Shown here: positions 1-7,411 of the stretch, piece by piece
Layout: each line of letters begins with the position of its first letter
Numbering within the stretch: position 1 is the stretch's first letter
NCBI RefSeq assembly: GCF_001598795.1
Contig: NZ_BCZP01000003.1
Coordinates: 240,001-272,000, forward strand
Direction: 5' to 3'
Length of the DNA stretch: 32,000 nt
From: Delftia acidovorans NBRC 14950
GTDB lineage: Bacteria; Pseudomonadota; Gammaproteobacteria; Burkholderiales; Burkholderiaceae_C
Translations under genes and position numbers: made by a program
The notes under the pieces: generated by a model
What the model was told of the DNA's origin: nothing
What the model saw: only the letters and a program-made list of their open reading frames with translations
The model's database searches: none

Positions 1-1
1 G

Positions 2-1855
2 ATCACGGTGACAGCCCCCGTCGCACCCACCACGCTGAACATTCCCACGACCCCCCTGTCGTTCGGCACCAGCGGCGCAGGCGCGATCACCATCGTCAAC
101 AACGGAACTGCACCCGCGTTCAATGTGCAGGCCACCATTCCGGCCGGCAGCGGCATCGCGGTGTCCAACACCACCTGCCCCGCCATCCTGGCCCCCGCTG
201 CCAGCTGCACGATCACGCTGACGGCCACTGCGGCCGAAGGTCCGACCGCCATCAGCTTCGGCGGCACCAACACACCGGCGACGACGGTGCAGGTCACGGT
301 GACGGCCCCCGTCACGCCGACCACGCTGGACATTCCCGCCGCACCCGTGTCGTTTGGCACCAGCGGAGCGGGCACGGTGACCATCACCAACAACGGGTCC
401 GCACCGGCGTTCAACGTGCAAGCCACCATTCCGGTCGGCAGCGGCATCACGGTGGCGTCCAGCACCTGCCCTATCTCCCTGCCCCCCGGGGCCGACTGCA
501 CGATCACGCTGACGGCTGCGGCCGCAGAAGGCCCGACCGCGGTCAGCTTTGGCGGCAGCAACACGCCCACCACGACCGTGCAGGTCACGGTGACGGTGCC
601 CGTTCCCACCGCCACGCTCTCGATACCCGGCGCTCCGCTGTCGTTCGCTGCGGGCGGTTCGACAACGGTCCTTATCAGCAACACCGGCGCTTCTGCGGCC
701 TTCAACGTGACCGCCACGGCGCCGGCCGGTAGCGGAATCACCGTGCAGTCGAACACGTGCGGTGCCGCACTCGCCTCTCTGGCCAGCTGCGGCATCACCC
801 TGACTGCGGCCGCCGCCGAAGGCCCCACGGCCATCAGCTTCGGCGGCAGCAATACGCTGGCCACGACCGTGCCGGTCACGGTGACGGCGCCCGTCACGCC
901 GACCACGCTGGGTATGTCCACCACGCCCGTGTCGTTCAACACAGGGGCAACGGGCTGGGTGACCATCACCAACAACGGTGGGGCCCCTGCGCTCGACGTT
1001 CAGGCCACGATTCCGGTAGGCAGCAGCATCACGGTGTCGGCCAACACCTGTGGTTCATCGCTGGCAGCGGGGGCCAATTGCACGATCACGCTGACTGGAG
1101 CCACACCGGAAGGTCCGACGGCCATCAGCTTCGCTGGCAGCAATACCCCGGCAACGTCCGTGCAGTTCACCGTGACGGCGCCCAGCACCACGACCACGCT
1201 GGGGATCTCTGCACCAACTCTGACGATTGCTTCTGGCGGCACAGGCTCCGTGACCATCACCAACACGGGATCGAATGCCGCCACCGGCATCGGCGCCACC
1301 ATCCCCGGCGGCAGTGGGCTGTCCGTTTCCGGCAACACCTGCGGGCTGTCGCTGCCGGCCGGGGGGACCTGCACGGTGACCTTCACCGCAGGTGCGGACG
1401 AGGGGCCGACCAATGTCACCATCCAGGGCAGCAACACCGACACCGCAGCCTTGTCGATCACGGTCTCGGGTTCCATCGACATTGGCGCCTACCACCTCGA
1501 TGGCAGCTGTGGTGTGCTTGGCGTCCTTGGCCCCGGCTTCACCCTCACGGCAGGCTCTGCGCCGCTTCCCGTCGGCACCACGGTGACCATCACCGGTTCG
1601 GGAGTTGCCAACATCGGTGTGTTCAGTGTGACGGGAGGCACAGCCAGTGTGTCGGTGCTTTCCCCAACCTCCCGCCAGGTCACCCTGACCTCGGCACTGC
1701 CGGCAGGGGCCACGATCGCGTTCAGAACCACGCTGTCCATCAGCGTCGCCTTCACGCTGAATGGCTCGACGACGCTGCCCAACGGCTATGCGGGCACAGG
1801 CGGGAAGCCCGCTGGCAGCGTGAGTTCCACGCTCATTCTCTGCAGCGCCACCTGA
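2..1855 (+). CDS. 5'-truncated repeat-rich secreted or surface protein: five tandem ~97-aa Ig-like (choice-of-anchor-D / ASH-like) modules plus a distinct ~130-aa C-terminal domain
   Basis: The frame is open from the window edge (codon phase of position 2) to a TGA stop at 1853-1855. The unit TAPVxPTTLxIP..SFG.SG...TI.NNG.AP.FNVQATIP.GSGI.V...C...L....CTITLTA.AAEGPTA.SFGGSNT..TTVQVTV recurs every 97 aa with two conserved Cys. This G-x-N-x-G / C...L..G..C pattern is typical of bacterial Ig-like adhesin modules. Third positions are G/C-rich. Confidence 0.75.
   Translation: MTVTAPVAPTTLNIPTTPLSFGTSGAGAITIVNNGTAPAFNVQATIPAGSGIAVSNTTCPAILAPAASCTITLTATAAEGPTAISFGGTNTPATTVQVTVTAPVTPTTLDIPAAPVSFGTSGAGTVTITNNGSAPAFNVQATIPVGSGITVASSTCPISLPPGADCTITLTAAAAEGPTAVSFGGSNTPTTTVQVTVTVPVPTATLSIPGAPLSFAAGGSTTVLISNTGASAAFNVTATAPAGSGITVQSNTCGAALASLASCGITLTAAAAEGPTAISFGGSNTLATTVPVTVTAPVTPTTLGMSTTPVSFNTGATGWVTITNNGGAPALDVQATIPVGSSITVSANTCGSSLAAGANCTITLTGATPEGPTAISFAGSNTPATSVQFTVTAPSTTTTLGISAPTLTIASGGTGSVTITNTGSNAATGIGATIPGGSGLSVSGNTCGLSLPAGGTCTVTFTAGADEGPTNVTIQGSNTDTAALSITVSGSIDIGAYHLDGSCGVLGVLGPGFTLTAGSAPLPVGTTVTITGSGVANIGVFSVTGGTASVSVLSPTSRQVTLTSALPAGATIAFRTTLSISVAFTLNGSTTLPNGYAGTGGKPAGSVSSTLILCSAT
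5..1462 (+). repeat. Tandem coding repeat, period 291 bp, five copies in the window (array continues upstream of position 1)
   Basis: Unit starts recur at about 5, 296, 586, 877 and 1168 (acggtgacRgcccccgtc.c.c.accacgctg...). The copies are divergent but alignable at DNA level. Confidence 0.9.
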
Positions 1856-1885
1856 TTGCAGGCGCTACGGCAATACCCGGAAACC

Positions 1886-3418
1886 TCAGCGTCGGCAAGG
1901 CGGGGCCTCGAAGGCCCCGCCTTTTTTCTGTCCATCCCGCACCACACCTGCCAGCCTGCGCACCCCTTGCTCGATGGCCTGCGGCTGCAGGCTCGCATAG
2001 CCCAGGACCAGCCCGGCGCAGGACTGGCGGCGATGGGCATCACCGGCCGCATAGAGCGGCGAGATGGGGCGAACGCCCACGCCACGCTCTCGCGCCAACC
2101 GCACCAGGGCAATCTCATCGCGCTGATGCACGGCAGGCACCCAGGCCACCACATGCAGGCCGGAGGCCGAGCCTTCGACCTGCACCGCGCCCGGCAGGTG
2201 CCGCTCCAGCGCCTGCAGCAATGCCGCCCGCCGGCCTTCGTTGCGGCGGCGGGCAGCGCGCACATGGCGCTCGTAGCTGCCGTCCTCGATCAGCGCGGCC
2301 AGCACCAGCTGGTCCAGGCGCGGCGCATGCCGGTCGGCCAGCCGCCGGGCTTCCCGGAACACGGGCACCAGGGACGGCGGCAGCACCAGGTAGCCCATGC
2401 GCATCTGCGGGGACAAGGCCTTGGAGAAGGTGCCGACATGGATGACGCAACCCACCTCGTCAATGGACTGCAGGGCGTCGATGGGGCGCAGCCCGTAGCG
2501 GAATTCGCCGTCGTAGTCGTCCTCCAGAATCCAGGCACCCGTGGCGCGCGCCCAGGCCAGCAGTTGCTGCCTGCGGCCTATGGGCAGCACGCCGCCCAGC
2601 GGAAACTGGTGCGAGGGCGTGACATAGGCCAGCCGCGCCTGGCGACCGGCCAGCGCCGAGGTATCCAGGCCATGTTCATCGACGGCCATTTCCTGCAGGC
2701 GCGCGCCCTGGGCCTCGAACACGCGGCGCGCCATCAGGTAGCAGGGCTCTTCCATCAGCACGGTCTCGCCCGGATCGACCAGCACGCGCGCGCACAGGTC
2801 GATGGCCTGCTGCGAGCCCTGCACCACCACGATCTGATCGGCCGAACAGACAAGCCCCCGCGCCCTGCGCAGATAGCCTTGCAGCGCCATGCGCAGCGCC
2901 GGCTCGCCTTCGGGCGCGTCGTAGGACAGGGAAGACTGGCGCTGCACGATGGCGCGGTTGTAGGCGCGCCGCCAGGCCAGCGTGGGAAAGTCGTCAAAGG
3001 CAAGGGCGCCGTAGAGAAAGTCGATCGGGGCCGGCCCACCATCGCCTGCTGCCGGCGGCAGGGCTGACGCCAGCGCATCCACCCGCTGCCCATAGGAAGA
3101 CAGCCGGGGACGGCCATGCTGCTGGGCCGCTGCCGGCATGCTGCGCGCACGGCTGCGCTGCGCCGCGCCAGCCGCCACGCGCGCCCTGCTGCCTGGAGCA
3201 GTCTCCAGATAGCCTTCGGCCGCAAGCTGCTCGTAGGCGGCCGTGACGGTGGTGCGCGACACGCCCAGGTCCAGCGCCAGGGCGCGGGTGGAGGGCAGGC
3301 GTGCGCCCACGGCCAGGCTGCCGTCGGCCACCTGTGATTTCAGCCATTCGTGGAGGGTGCGGGCGCCGGGCGCTGCACCGGCATGGAGGGTGAAAGCGGA
3401 TTTCAACTGGTCTGCCAA
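1886..3418 (-). CDS. MocR/PdxR-type regulator: GntR-family wHTH fused to a PLP-dependent aminotransferase-fold domain
   Basis: The N-terminus reads ...LPSTRALALDLGVSRTTVTAAYEQLAAEGYLE (GntR HTH). It is followed by a ~350-aa class I/II aminotransferase-like domain (..VTPSHQFPLG.., ..GTFSKAL.P..R.GY). The start is a TTG at 3418 and is uncertain. Confidence 0.85.
   Translation of the reverse strand: MADQLKSAFTLHAGAAPGARTLHEWLKSQVADGSLAVGARLPSTRALALDLGVSRTTVTAAYEQLAAEGYLETAPGSRARVAAGAAQRSRARSMPAAAQQHGRPRLSSYGQRVDALASALPPAAGDGGPAPIDFLYGALAFDDFPTLAWRRAYNRAIVQRQSSLSYDAPEGEPALRMALQGYLRRARGLVCSADQIVVVQGSQQAIDLCARVLVDPGETVLMEEPCYLMARRVFEAQGARLQEMAVDEHGLDTSALAGRQARLAYVTPSHQFPLGGVLPIGRRQQLLAWARATGAWILEDDYDGEFRYGLRPIDALQSIDEVGCVIHVGTFSKALSPQMRMGYLVLPPSLVPVFREARRLADRHAPRLDQLVLAALIEDGSYERHVRAARRRNEGRRAALLQALERHLPGAVQVEGSASGLHVVAWVPAVHQRDEIALVRLARERGVGVRPISPLYAAGDAHRRQSCAGLVLGYASLQPQAIEQGVRRLAGVVRDGQKKGGAFEAPPCRR
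1897..1928. terminator. Intrinsic terminator hairpin after the repeat-protein gene; it overlaps the 3' end of the convergent MocR gene
   Basis: aaggcggggcc (1897-1907), loop tcgaa, ggccccgcctt (1913-1923), then a T-run to 1927. The 11-bp stem is perfect, with A/T runs on both sides. Confidence 0.7.
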
Positions 3419-3507
3419 AAAATCGCGAAACTGGATTTTTCATTGTGCCAGGGATGGTGGATAGTCCGGTTTCCCCCGATGCCGGCACACCAGCCCAGGA
3501 AGCGCCC

Positions 3508-4137
3508 ATGTACACGCCCGCCCATTTCTCCCTCACCGATTCCGACAGCCTGCACGGCCTGATCCGCAGCCACCCCCTGGGCACGCTCGTCACCCAGGCC
3601 AACGGCGTGCTGGACGCCAACCATCTGCCGTTCCTGCTGGATGCGGACCCAGGGGAGATGGGCACGCTGAGCGCCCATGTGGCCCGCGCCAATCCCATCT
3701 GGCAGCAGTGCCGCGACGGCGCCGAGGTGCTGGTCGTCTTCCGTGGTGCCGAAGGCTATATCTCGCCCAGCTGGTATCCAAGCAAGCACGAGACGCACCG
3801 CCTGGTGCCCACCTGGAACTACGAGGCCGTGCATGTGCACGGGCAAATAAGCATCCATGACGACGAGAGATTCGTGCGCGGCCTGGTCGGGCGGCTCACG
3901 CGGGTCCATGAGGCATCGCAGGCCCAGCCCTGGAAGATGTCCGACTCGCCGCGTGAATTCATCGACGGCATGCTGCAGGCCATCGTCGGCCTGCAGATCC
4001 GCATCACCCGCCTGGAGGGCAAGGCCAAGCTCAGCCAGAACCGGCAGGCCCGCGACCTGGAAGGCGCCATCGGCGCGCTGCGCGAGCGCGGACAGGAGCC
4101 GCTGGCCGGTGCCATGGATGCGGCGCCGCGCATCTAG
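3508..4137 (+). CDS. PaiB-family FMN-binding negative transcriptional regulator-like protein
   Basis: MYTPAHF..D...LH.LIRSHPLGTLVT...LDANHLPFLLD....G.L.AHVARANP.W.......VLVVF.G...YISPSWYPSKHE....VPTWNY..VH.HG......D......L......HE....PW...D.P...I..ML.AIVG..I.I.RLEGK.KLSQNR matches the PaiB family closely. ATG at 3508. Divergent from the MocR gene. Confidence 0.85.
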   Translation: MYTPAHFSLTDSDSLHGLIRSHPLGTLVTQANGVLDANHLPFLLDADPGEMGTLSAHVARANPIWQQCRDGAEVLVVFRGAEGYISPSWYPSKHETHRLVPTWNYEAVHVHGQISIHDDERFVRGLVGRLTRVHEASQAQPWKMSDSPREFIDGMLQAIVGLQIRITRLEGKAKLSQNRQARDLEGAIGALRERGQEPLAGAMDAAPRI

Positions 4138-4171
4138 CGCCTGCCACCCTCACACAGATTGCCAACCACCG

Positions 4172-4519
4172 ATGTACACATCCACCTTCACCTTCGCGCC
4201 GGGCGAATACGACGCGCCATTCCATGCCCTTGACGGCCGGATCGCCGAGATCGCCCGCGCCATCCCCGGCTACCTGGGCGAAGAGGCCTGGGAGAACCCC
4301 GCCACGGGCCAGGTCTCCAACGTCTACTACTGGCAGACCTGGGAGGCGCTGCAAGAGCTGATGCGCCACCCTGCGCATATCGAGGCCAAGCGGCAGCAGG
4401 CGCGCTGGCTCAAGGGCTACCAGGTGGTGATCGCCCAGGTGGTGGGCAGCTACGGCGATGGCGGGATAGCGCACCCGCTGGCCACCGCTGCGCAAGGCAC
4501 TGCGCACCCGGCTCGCTGA
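4172..4519 (+). CDS. ABM (antibiotic-biosynthesis-monooxygenase-like) small alpha+beta barrel protein
   Basis: 115-aa protein MYTSTFTFAPGEYD...GYLGEE.WEN..TG...NVYYWQTWEALQELMRHPAHIEAK... ATG at 4172, in frame within the longer artefactual ORF 3857-4519. Confidence 0.6.
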   Translation: MYTSTFTFAPGEYDAPFHALDGRIAEIARAIPGYLGEEAWENPATGQVSNVYYWQTWEALQELMRHPAHIEAKRQQARWLKGYQVVIAQVVGSYGDGGIAHPLATAAQGTAHPAR

Positions 4520-4539
4520 CCGAACCCGCTTTTGGCCCG

Positions 4540-4944
4540 ATGATGGCGGCCATGCGATGGCGTTTTGATCCTTTTTCCCTGGCGTGGGCGGTGGCCCTGT
4601 TTGTCTTGCTCGTGCTGCTGGCCACCGTCGGCGCGCACTGGGGCTGGGTGCGCAGCTTCTTCGGCGACGTGATGGCCGTGGCCTGGGTCTATGCCGTGTT
4701 CAAGACCGTGATCGCCGCGCGCGTGCTGCCGCTGGCGTCGGCCGCACTGTGCGTGGGCCTGCTGGTGGAACTGGGCCAGTTCCTGGCATCGACCTTCCAG
4801 TTGCACATTCCCAACCGCGCTTTGCGTATCGTGCTGGGCAGCACGGCCGACTGGTGGGATGTGCTGGCCTATGTGATGGGTTTTGCAGCCGTGCTGGCGG
4901 TGGAGGCTGCGTTCCGTGGCCGCAGAGCCAGGCCTGTGCTCTGA
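4540..4944 (+). CDS. Small integral membrane protein, DUF2809-like
   Basis: 134 aa with four hydrophobic segments and GD.MAV.WVY...K and DWWDVLAYVMG motifs. Third positions are G/C-rich. Confidence 0.6.
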   Translation: MMAAMRWRFDPFSLAWAVALFVLLVLLATVGAHWGWVRSFFGDVMAVAWVYAVFKTVIAARVLPLASAALCVGLLVELGQFLASTFQLHIPNRALRIVLGSTADWWDVLAYVMGFAAVLAVEAAFRGRRARPVL

Positions 4945-5193
4945 TCAGGCCCGTACAGCGCAACCGCCGGCCTTGAGCACCCGCTTCGTCGAGGCCGGAT
5001 ACCGCTCCAGCTTGTCCGCCGGCCGGCGCGGCCTGGCCACCAGCTCGCCACCGCAGTTGGGGCAGGCGCCGTGCAGCACATGATCCGCACAGCCGGCACA
5101 GAACGTGCACTCGAAGGTGCAGATGCGAGCCTCGGCAGACTCTGGCGGCAGGTCCTTGTCGCAGCATTCGCAGTTGGGTCGAAGCTCAAGCAT
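4945..5193 (-). CDS. DUF1272-like cysteine-rich zinc-ribbon protein (82 aa, 9 Cys)
   Basis: MLELRPNCECCDKDLPP.S.EA.ICTFECTFCAGCA...L.G.CPNCGGELV.RP.RP. GGAG lies 7 nt upstream of the ATG at 5193. It sits 38 bp downstream of the czcD-like stop on the same strand. Confidence 0.7.
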   Translation of the reverse strand: MLELRPNCECCDKDLPPESAEARICTFECTFCAGCADHVLHGACPNCGGELVARPRRPADKLERYPASTKRVLKAGGCAVRA

Positions 5194-5231
5194 CGGTGCA
5201 CTCCGGGTGTGGTCCATGAAGACTGGGCATC

Positions 5232-6125
5232 CTAGTGGATGTGCTCTGCCGGGGAGCGGTCCTCGCGCTCCATCTGCAGCGTCGTATGGTGCAGGTCGAA
5301 GCCGGCCTGCAGCCTGTCTTCGATATCGCGGCGCACCTGCTCGCCGTCCGCGCCGGGCAGCAGCACCACATGGCCGGTCAGCATGGGCTTGCTCTGCGTG
5401 ACCGCCCACAGGTGGACATCGTGGATCGCTGCCACGCCCGCCGTGCCCGCAATCGTCTCGCGCACCGCCTGCAGGCTCATCCCCGAGGGCACGCCTTCCA
5501 GCAGGATGTTGATGCACTCGCGCAGCAGGGTCCAGGTCCGCGGGAACACCATGAAGCCGATGCCCACGGCCACCGCCGAGTCGATCCACCGCCAGCCCGT
5601 CAGCCAGATCAGCGCGGCACCGGCGAGCACGCCGACCGAACCCAGCATGTCCGCCCATACCTCCAGATACGCGCCCTTCACGTTCAGGCTCTCGTCCTTG
5701 CCGCCCGACAGCAGGCGCATGGAGAGCAGGTTGATCACCAGCCCCACGGCCGCCACCGCCATCATGCCCAGGGACTGGATTTCTGCAGGCGCCGACAGCC
5801 GGCGGTAGGCCTCATACAGGATGTAGAAGGCCACGCCCAGCAGCACCAGCGCATTGACGGCGGCGGCCAGGATCTCGAAGCGCGCATAGCCGTAGGTGCG
5901 CATCAGGTCAGCCGCCTTGCGGCCGGCGCGTATGGCCACCAGGGCCAGCAGCAGCGCCATCGCATCGGTCAGCATGTGCATGGCGTCGGAGATCAGGGCC
6001 AGGCTGCCCGTGACCATGCCGCCGATGATTTCCACCACCATGAAGGTGCCGGTCAATCCGAAGGCAAACCAGAGACGGGATTCCGGCAGGGCACGCACGT
6101 CGCCGTGCTGATGGCTGTCGCTCAT
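5232..6125 (-). CDS. czcD: Cation diffusion facilitator (CzcD/ZitB-type Zn/Co/Cd efflux transporter)
   Basis: MSDSHQHGD...LWFAFGLTG.FMVVEIIGG..TGSLALISDA.HMLTDA.ALLLAL.A........TYGY.R.EILAA..NA..L. There are six TM segments, the HxxxD TM motifs and a C-terminal cytoplasmic domain. ATG at 6125. Confidence 0.85.
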   Translation of the reverse strand: MSDSHQHGDVRALPESRLWFAFGLTGTFMVVEIIGGMVTGSLALISDAMHMLTDAMALLLALVAIRAGRKAADLMRTYGYARFEILAAAVNALVLLGVAFYILYEAYRRLSAPAEIQSLGMMAVAAVGLVINLLSMRLLSGGKDESLNVKGAYLEVWADMLGSVGVLAGAALIWLTGWRWIDSAVAVGIGFMVFPRTWTLLRECINILLEGVPSGMSLQAVRETIAGTAGVAAIHDVHLWAVTQSKPMLTGHVVLLPGADGEQVRRDIEDRLQAGFDLHHTTLQMEREDRSPAEHIH

Positions 6126-6225
6126 GAGATTCCTTGACTTGAAAACGGTTGTGAACAGAGGGCCGCTGCACCGATGGCGTCCATGGCAGGCAGGGGCACG
6201 GACCTCCATGAGAAAGCGTGAAGTG

Positions 6226-6240
6226 ACTTGAAGGTCAAGT
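6226..6240. promoter_or_regulatory. Perfect 6-3-6 palindrome ACTTGA-AGG-TCAAGT about 100 nt upstream of czcD; candidate metal-regulator operator
   Basis: Read directly from the sequence. GACTTGAA also recurs at 6131-6138, just upstream of the czcD start. No regulator gene is adjacent. Confidence 0.25.
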
Positions 6241-6371
6241 GCTGCCGGCAACCTGGCACCGCAGGTGGCCCGGACGCCGTAGCGCGCATATCCCTGCATC
6301 CATCGCAACATTTCATTTAGGTAAATTGATTACGAATAGTAGAATCAAATCATCCACCAAGGAGACATTCG

Positions 6372-6998
6372 ATGAACACAAGCGCCCGTCCCGACCTGTC
6401 CACGCTGCCACCGCCCGCCGCCGTGCAGCAACTGCACCACTACGCCTACAAGGCCCGCGATGCCGAGGAGACCCGCCACTTCTACGAGGACATCCTGGGC
6501 CTGCCGCTCTATCACATCATCCAGAGCGACTACGTGCCCAGCACGGGCGAGTACTGCCCCTACACGCATTTCTTCTTCCGCCTGAAGGATGGGTCGTTCA
6601 TCGCCTTCTTCGACATCGGCGACGACGAAAAGGCCCTGCCCTCGCCCAACACGCCGCTGTGGATCAACCACATCGCCTTCCGCGTGGACACCGTCGAGGA
6701 ACTGGAGAACACCAAGGCCCGCCTGGTGGCGCATGGCATCGAGGTGCTTGGCGTGACCGACCACCACATCTTCAAGAGCATCTATTTCTTCGATCCCAAC
6801 GGCATCCGCCTGGAGCTGTCGGCCCAGCTGGCCGACGAAGTGCAGATGGCGCGCGAAAGCACCACCGCCCACGCCCGCCTGAACGAGTGGACGGCACGCA
6901 AGGAGCAATGGCGCAAGGAACGCGCCGAAGGCAAGGCCGCCCAGCCGCTCAAGCCCCAGAGCAACGACCGGCCCGAGTTCGTGCCCGATGCAGCCTAG
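6372..6998 (+). CDS. VOC-superfamily (glyoxalase / extradiol-dioxygenase fold) protein with a charged C-terminal tail
   Basis: ..LHHYAYKARDAEETRHFYEDILGLPL...FFF.L.DGS.IAFFD.......NHIAFRV......E......L..HGIEV.G..DH.IFKSIYFFDPNGIRLEL. AAGGAGA lies 6 nt before the ATG at 6372. Confidence 0.75.
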   Translation: MNTSARPDLSTLPPPAAVQQLHHYAYKARDAEETRHFYEDILGLPLYHIIQSDYVPSTGEYCPYTHFFFRLKDGSFIAFFDIGDDEKALPSPNTPLWINHIAFRVDTVEELENTKARLVAHGIEVLGVTDHHIFKSIYFFDPNGIRLELSAQLADEVQMARESTTAHARLNEWTARKEQWRKERAEGKAAQPLKPQSNDRPEFVPDAA

Positions 6999-7263
6999 AG
7001 CGTGTTGTGCACTTTAAAGTGCCCGCGAAAGCCGGGGAACGGGCCCGGAACGAGGCGTAGCACGCGCCGCGGTTGCCACACCGCAAGCGGGCTGCAACGA
7101 AGGACCGGGCCCGTTCCCCGGCTTTCCCGAAGGGTTGGCTCTGTGCGCAGGCGCTCGCGGCGTTGCAGCGCTTGCCAAGGCATGAGCCTTGGCGGCGCAC
7201 TGCGCCTTGCGATCACCAGCGCGCAGAGCCAACGCGGGCGCTTAAAAGTGCACAACACGCTCT
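6997..7263. repeat. 267-bp nested inverted-repeat element (MITE-like, or a large structured intergenic element)
   Basis: The outer arms 6997-7027 and 7233-7263 are complementary at 29 of 31 positions. Inner arm 1 is 7027-7048 with 7105-7126, a perfect 22 bp. Inner arm 2 is 7134-7148 with 7221-7233, capped by gccaagg/ccttggc (7174-7193). ORFs predicted on the two strands are mirror images (both start MLCT.K and end KVHNTL). Confidence 0.7.
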
Positions 7264-7341
7264 CAATAAAACCCGGCGAACAGGCAGGCGGACGGGGTCG
7301 GTAGAATCCCCGTCAAACCGTCATCCATTTCGCATATGCAG

Positions 7342-7375
7342 ACGGCATCCCTTCAACGGATGCCGTTTTCATTTG
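7342..7375 (+). terminator. Terminator- or attenuator-like hairpin in the valS leader
   Basis: acggcatcc (7342-7350), loop cttcaac, ggatgccgt (7358-7366), then ttttcattt. It ends about 40 nt before the valS ATG. A TAGAAT -10-like hexamer lies at 7302-7307. Confidence 0.4.
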
Positions 7376-7411
7376 CCAAACGCCATTCGCACAATTCCCC
7401 GCAAGCAAGCC

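Noticed and set aside
5-1462. Regularly spaced repeats, checked as a possible CRISPR array.
   Set aside because: The period is 291 bp with no short conserved repeat alternating with unique spacers. The whole array is one open reading frame encoding protein modules.
757-2445. 562-aa plus-strand ORF overlapping the repeat-protein gene out of frame and running on into the antisense strand of the MocR gene.
   Set aside because: Its composition is implausible (Arg/His/Gly/Pro-rich). It crosses the strong terminator at 1897-1928. The in-frame 97-aa module periodicity supports only the 2-1855 frame.
6995-7304. Small ORFs on both strands inside the repeat element (7002-7304 plus strand, 6995-7258 minus strand).
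   Set aside because: They are mirror images of each other (both begin MLCT.K and end KVHNTL). This is simply the signature of the inverted repeat and is not evidence of coding.
7073-7411. N-terminal 113-codon extension of valS in the ORF track.
   Set aside because: The extension is translated from the inverted-repeat element and the leader hairpin. The conserved ValRS N-terminus begins at the ATG at 7412.
7336-7411. Mini-ORF (ATG at 7336) overlapping the valS leader hairpin, considered as a leader peptide for attenuation.
   Set aside because: It has no run of Val codons and no obvious SD, so a classical amino-acid attenuator is not supported.
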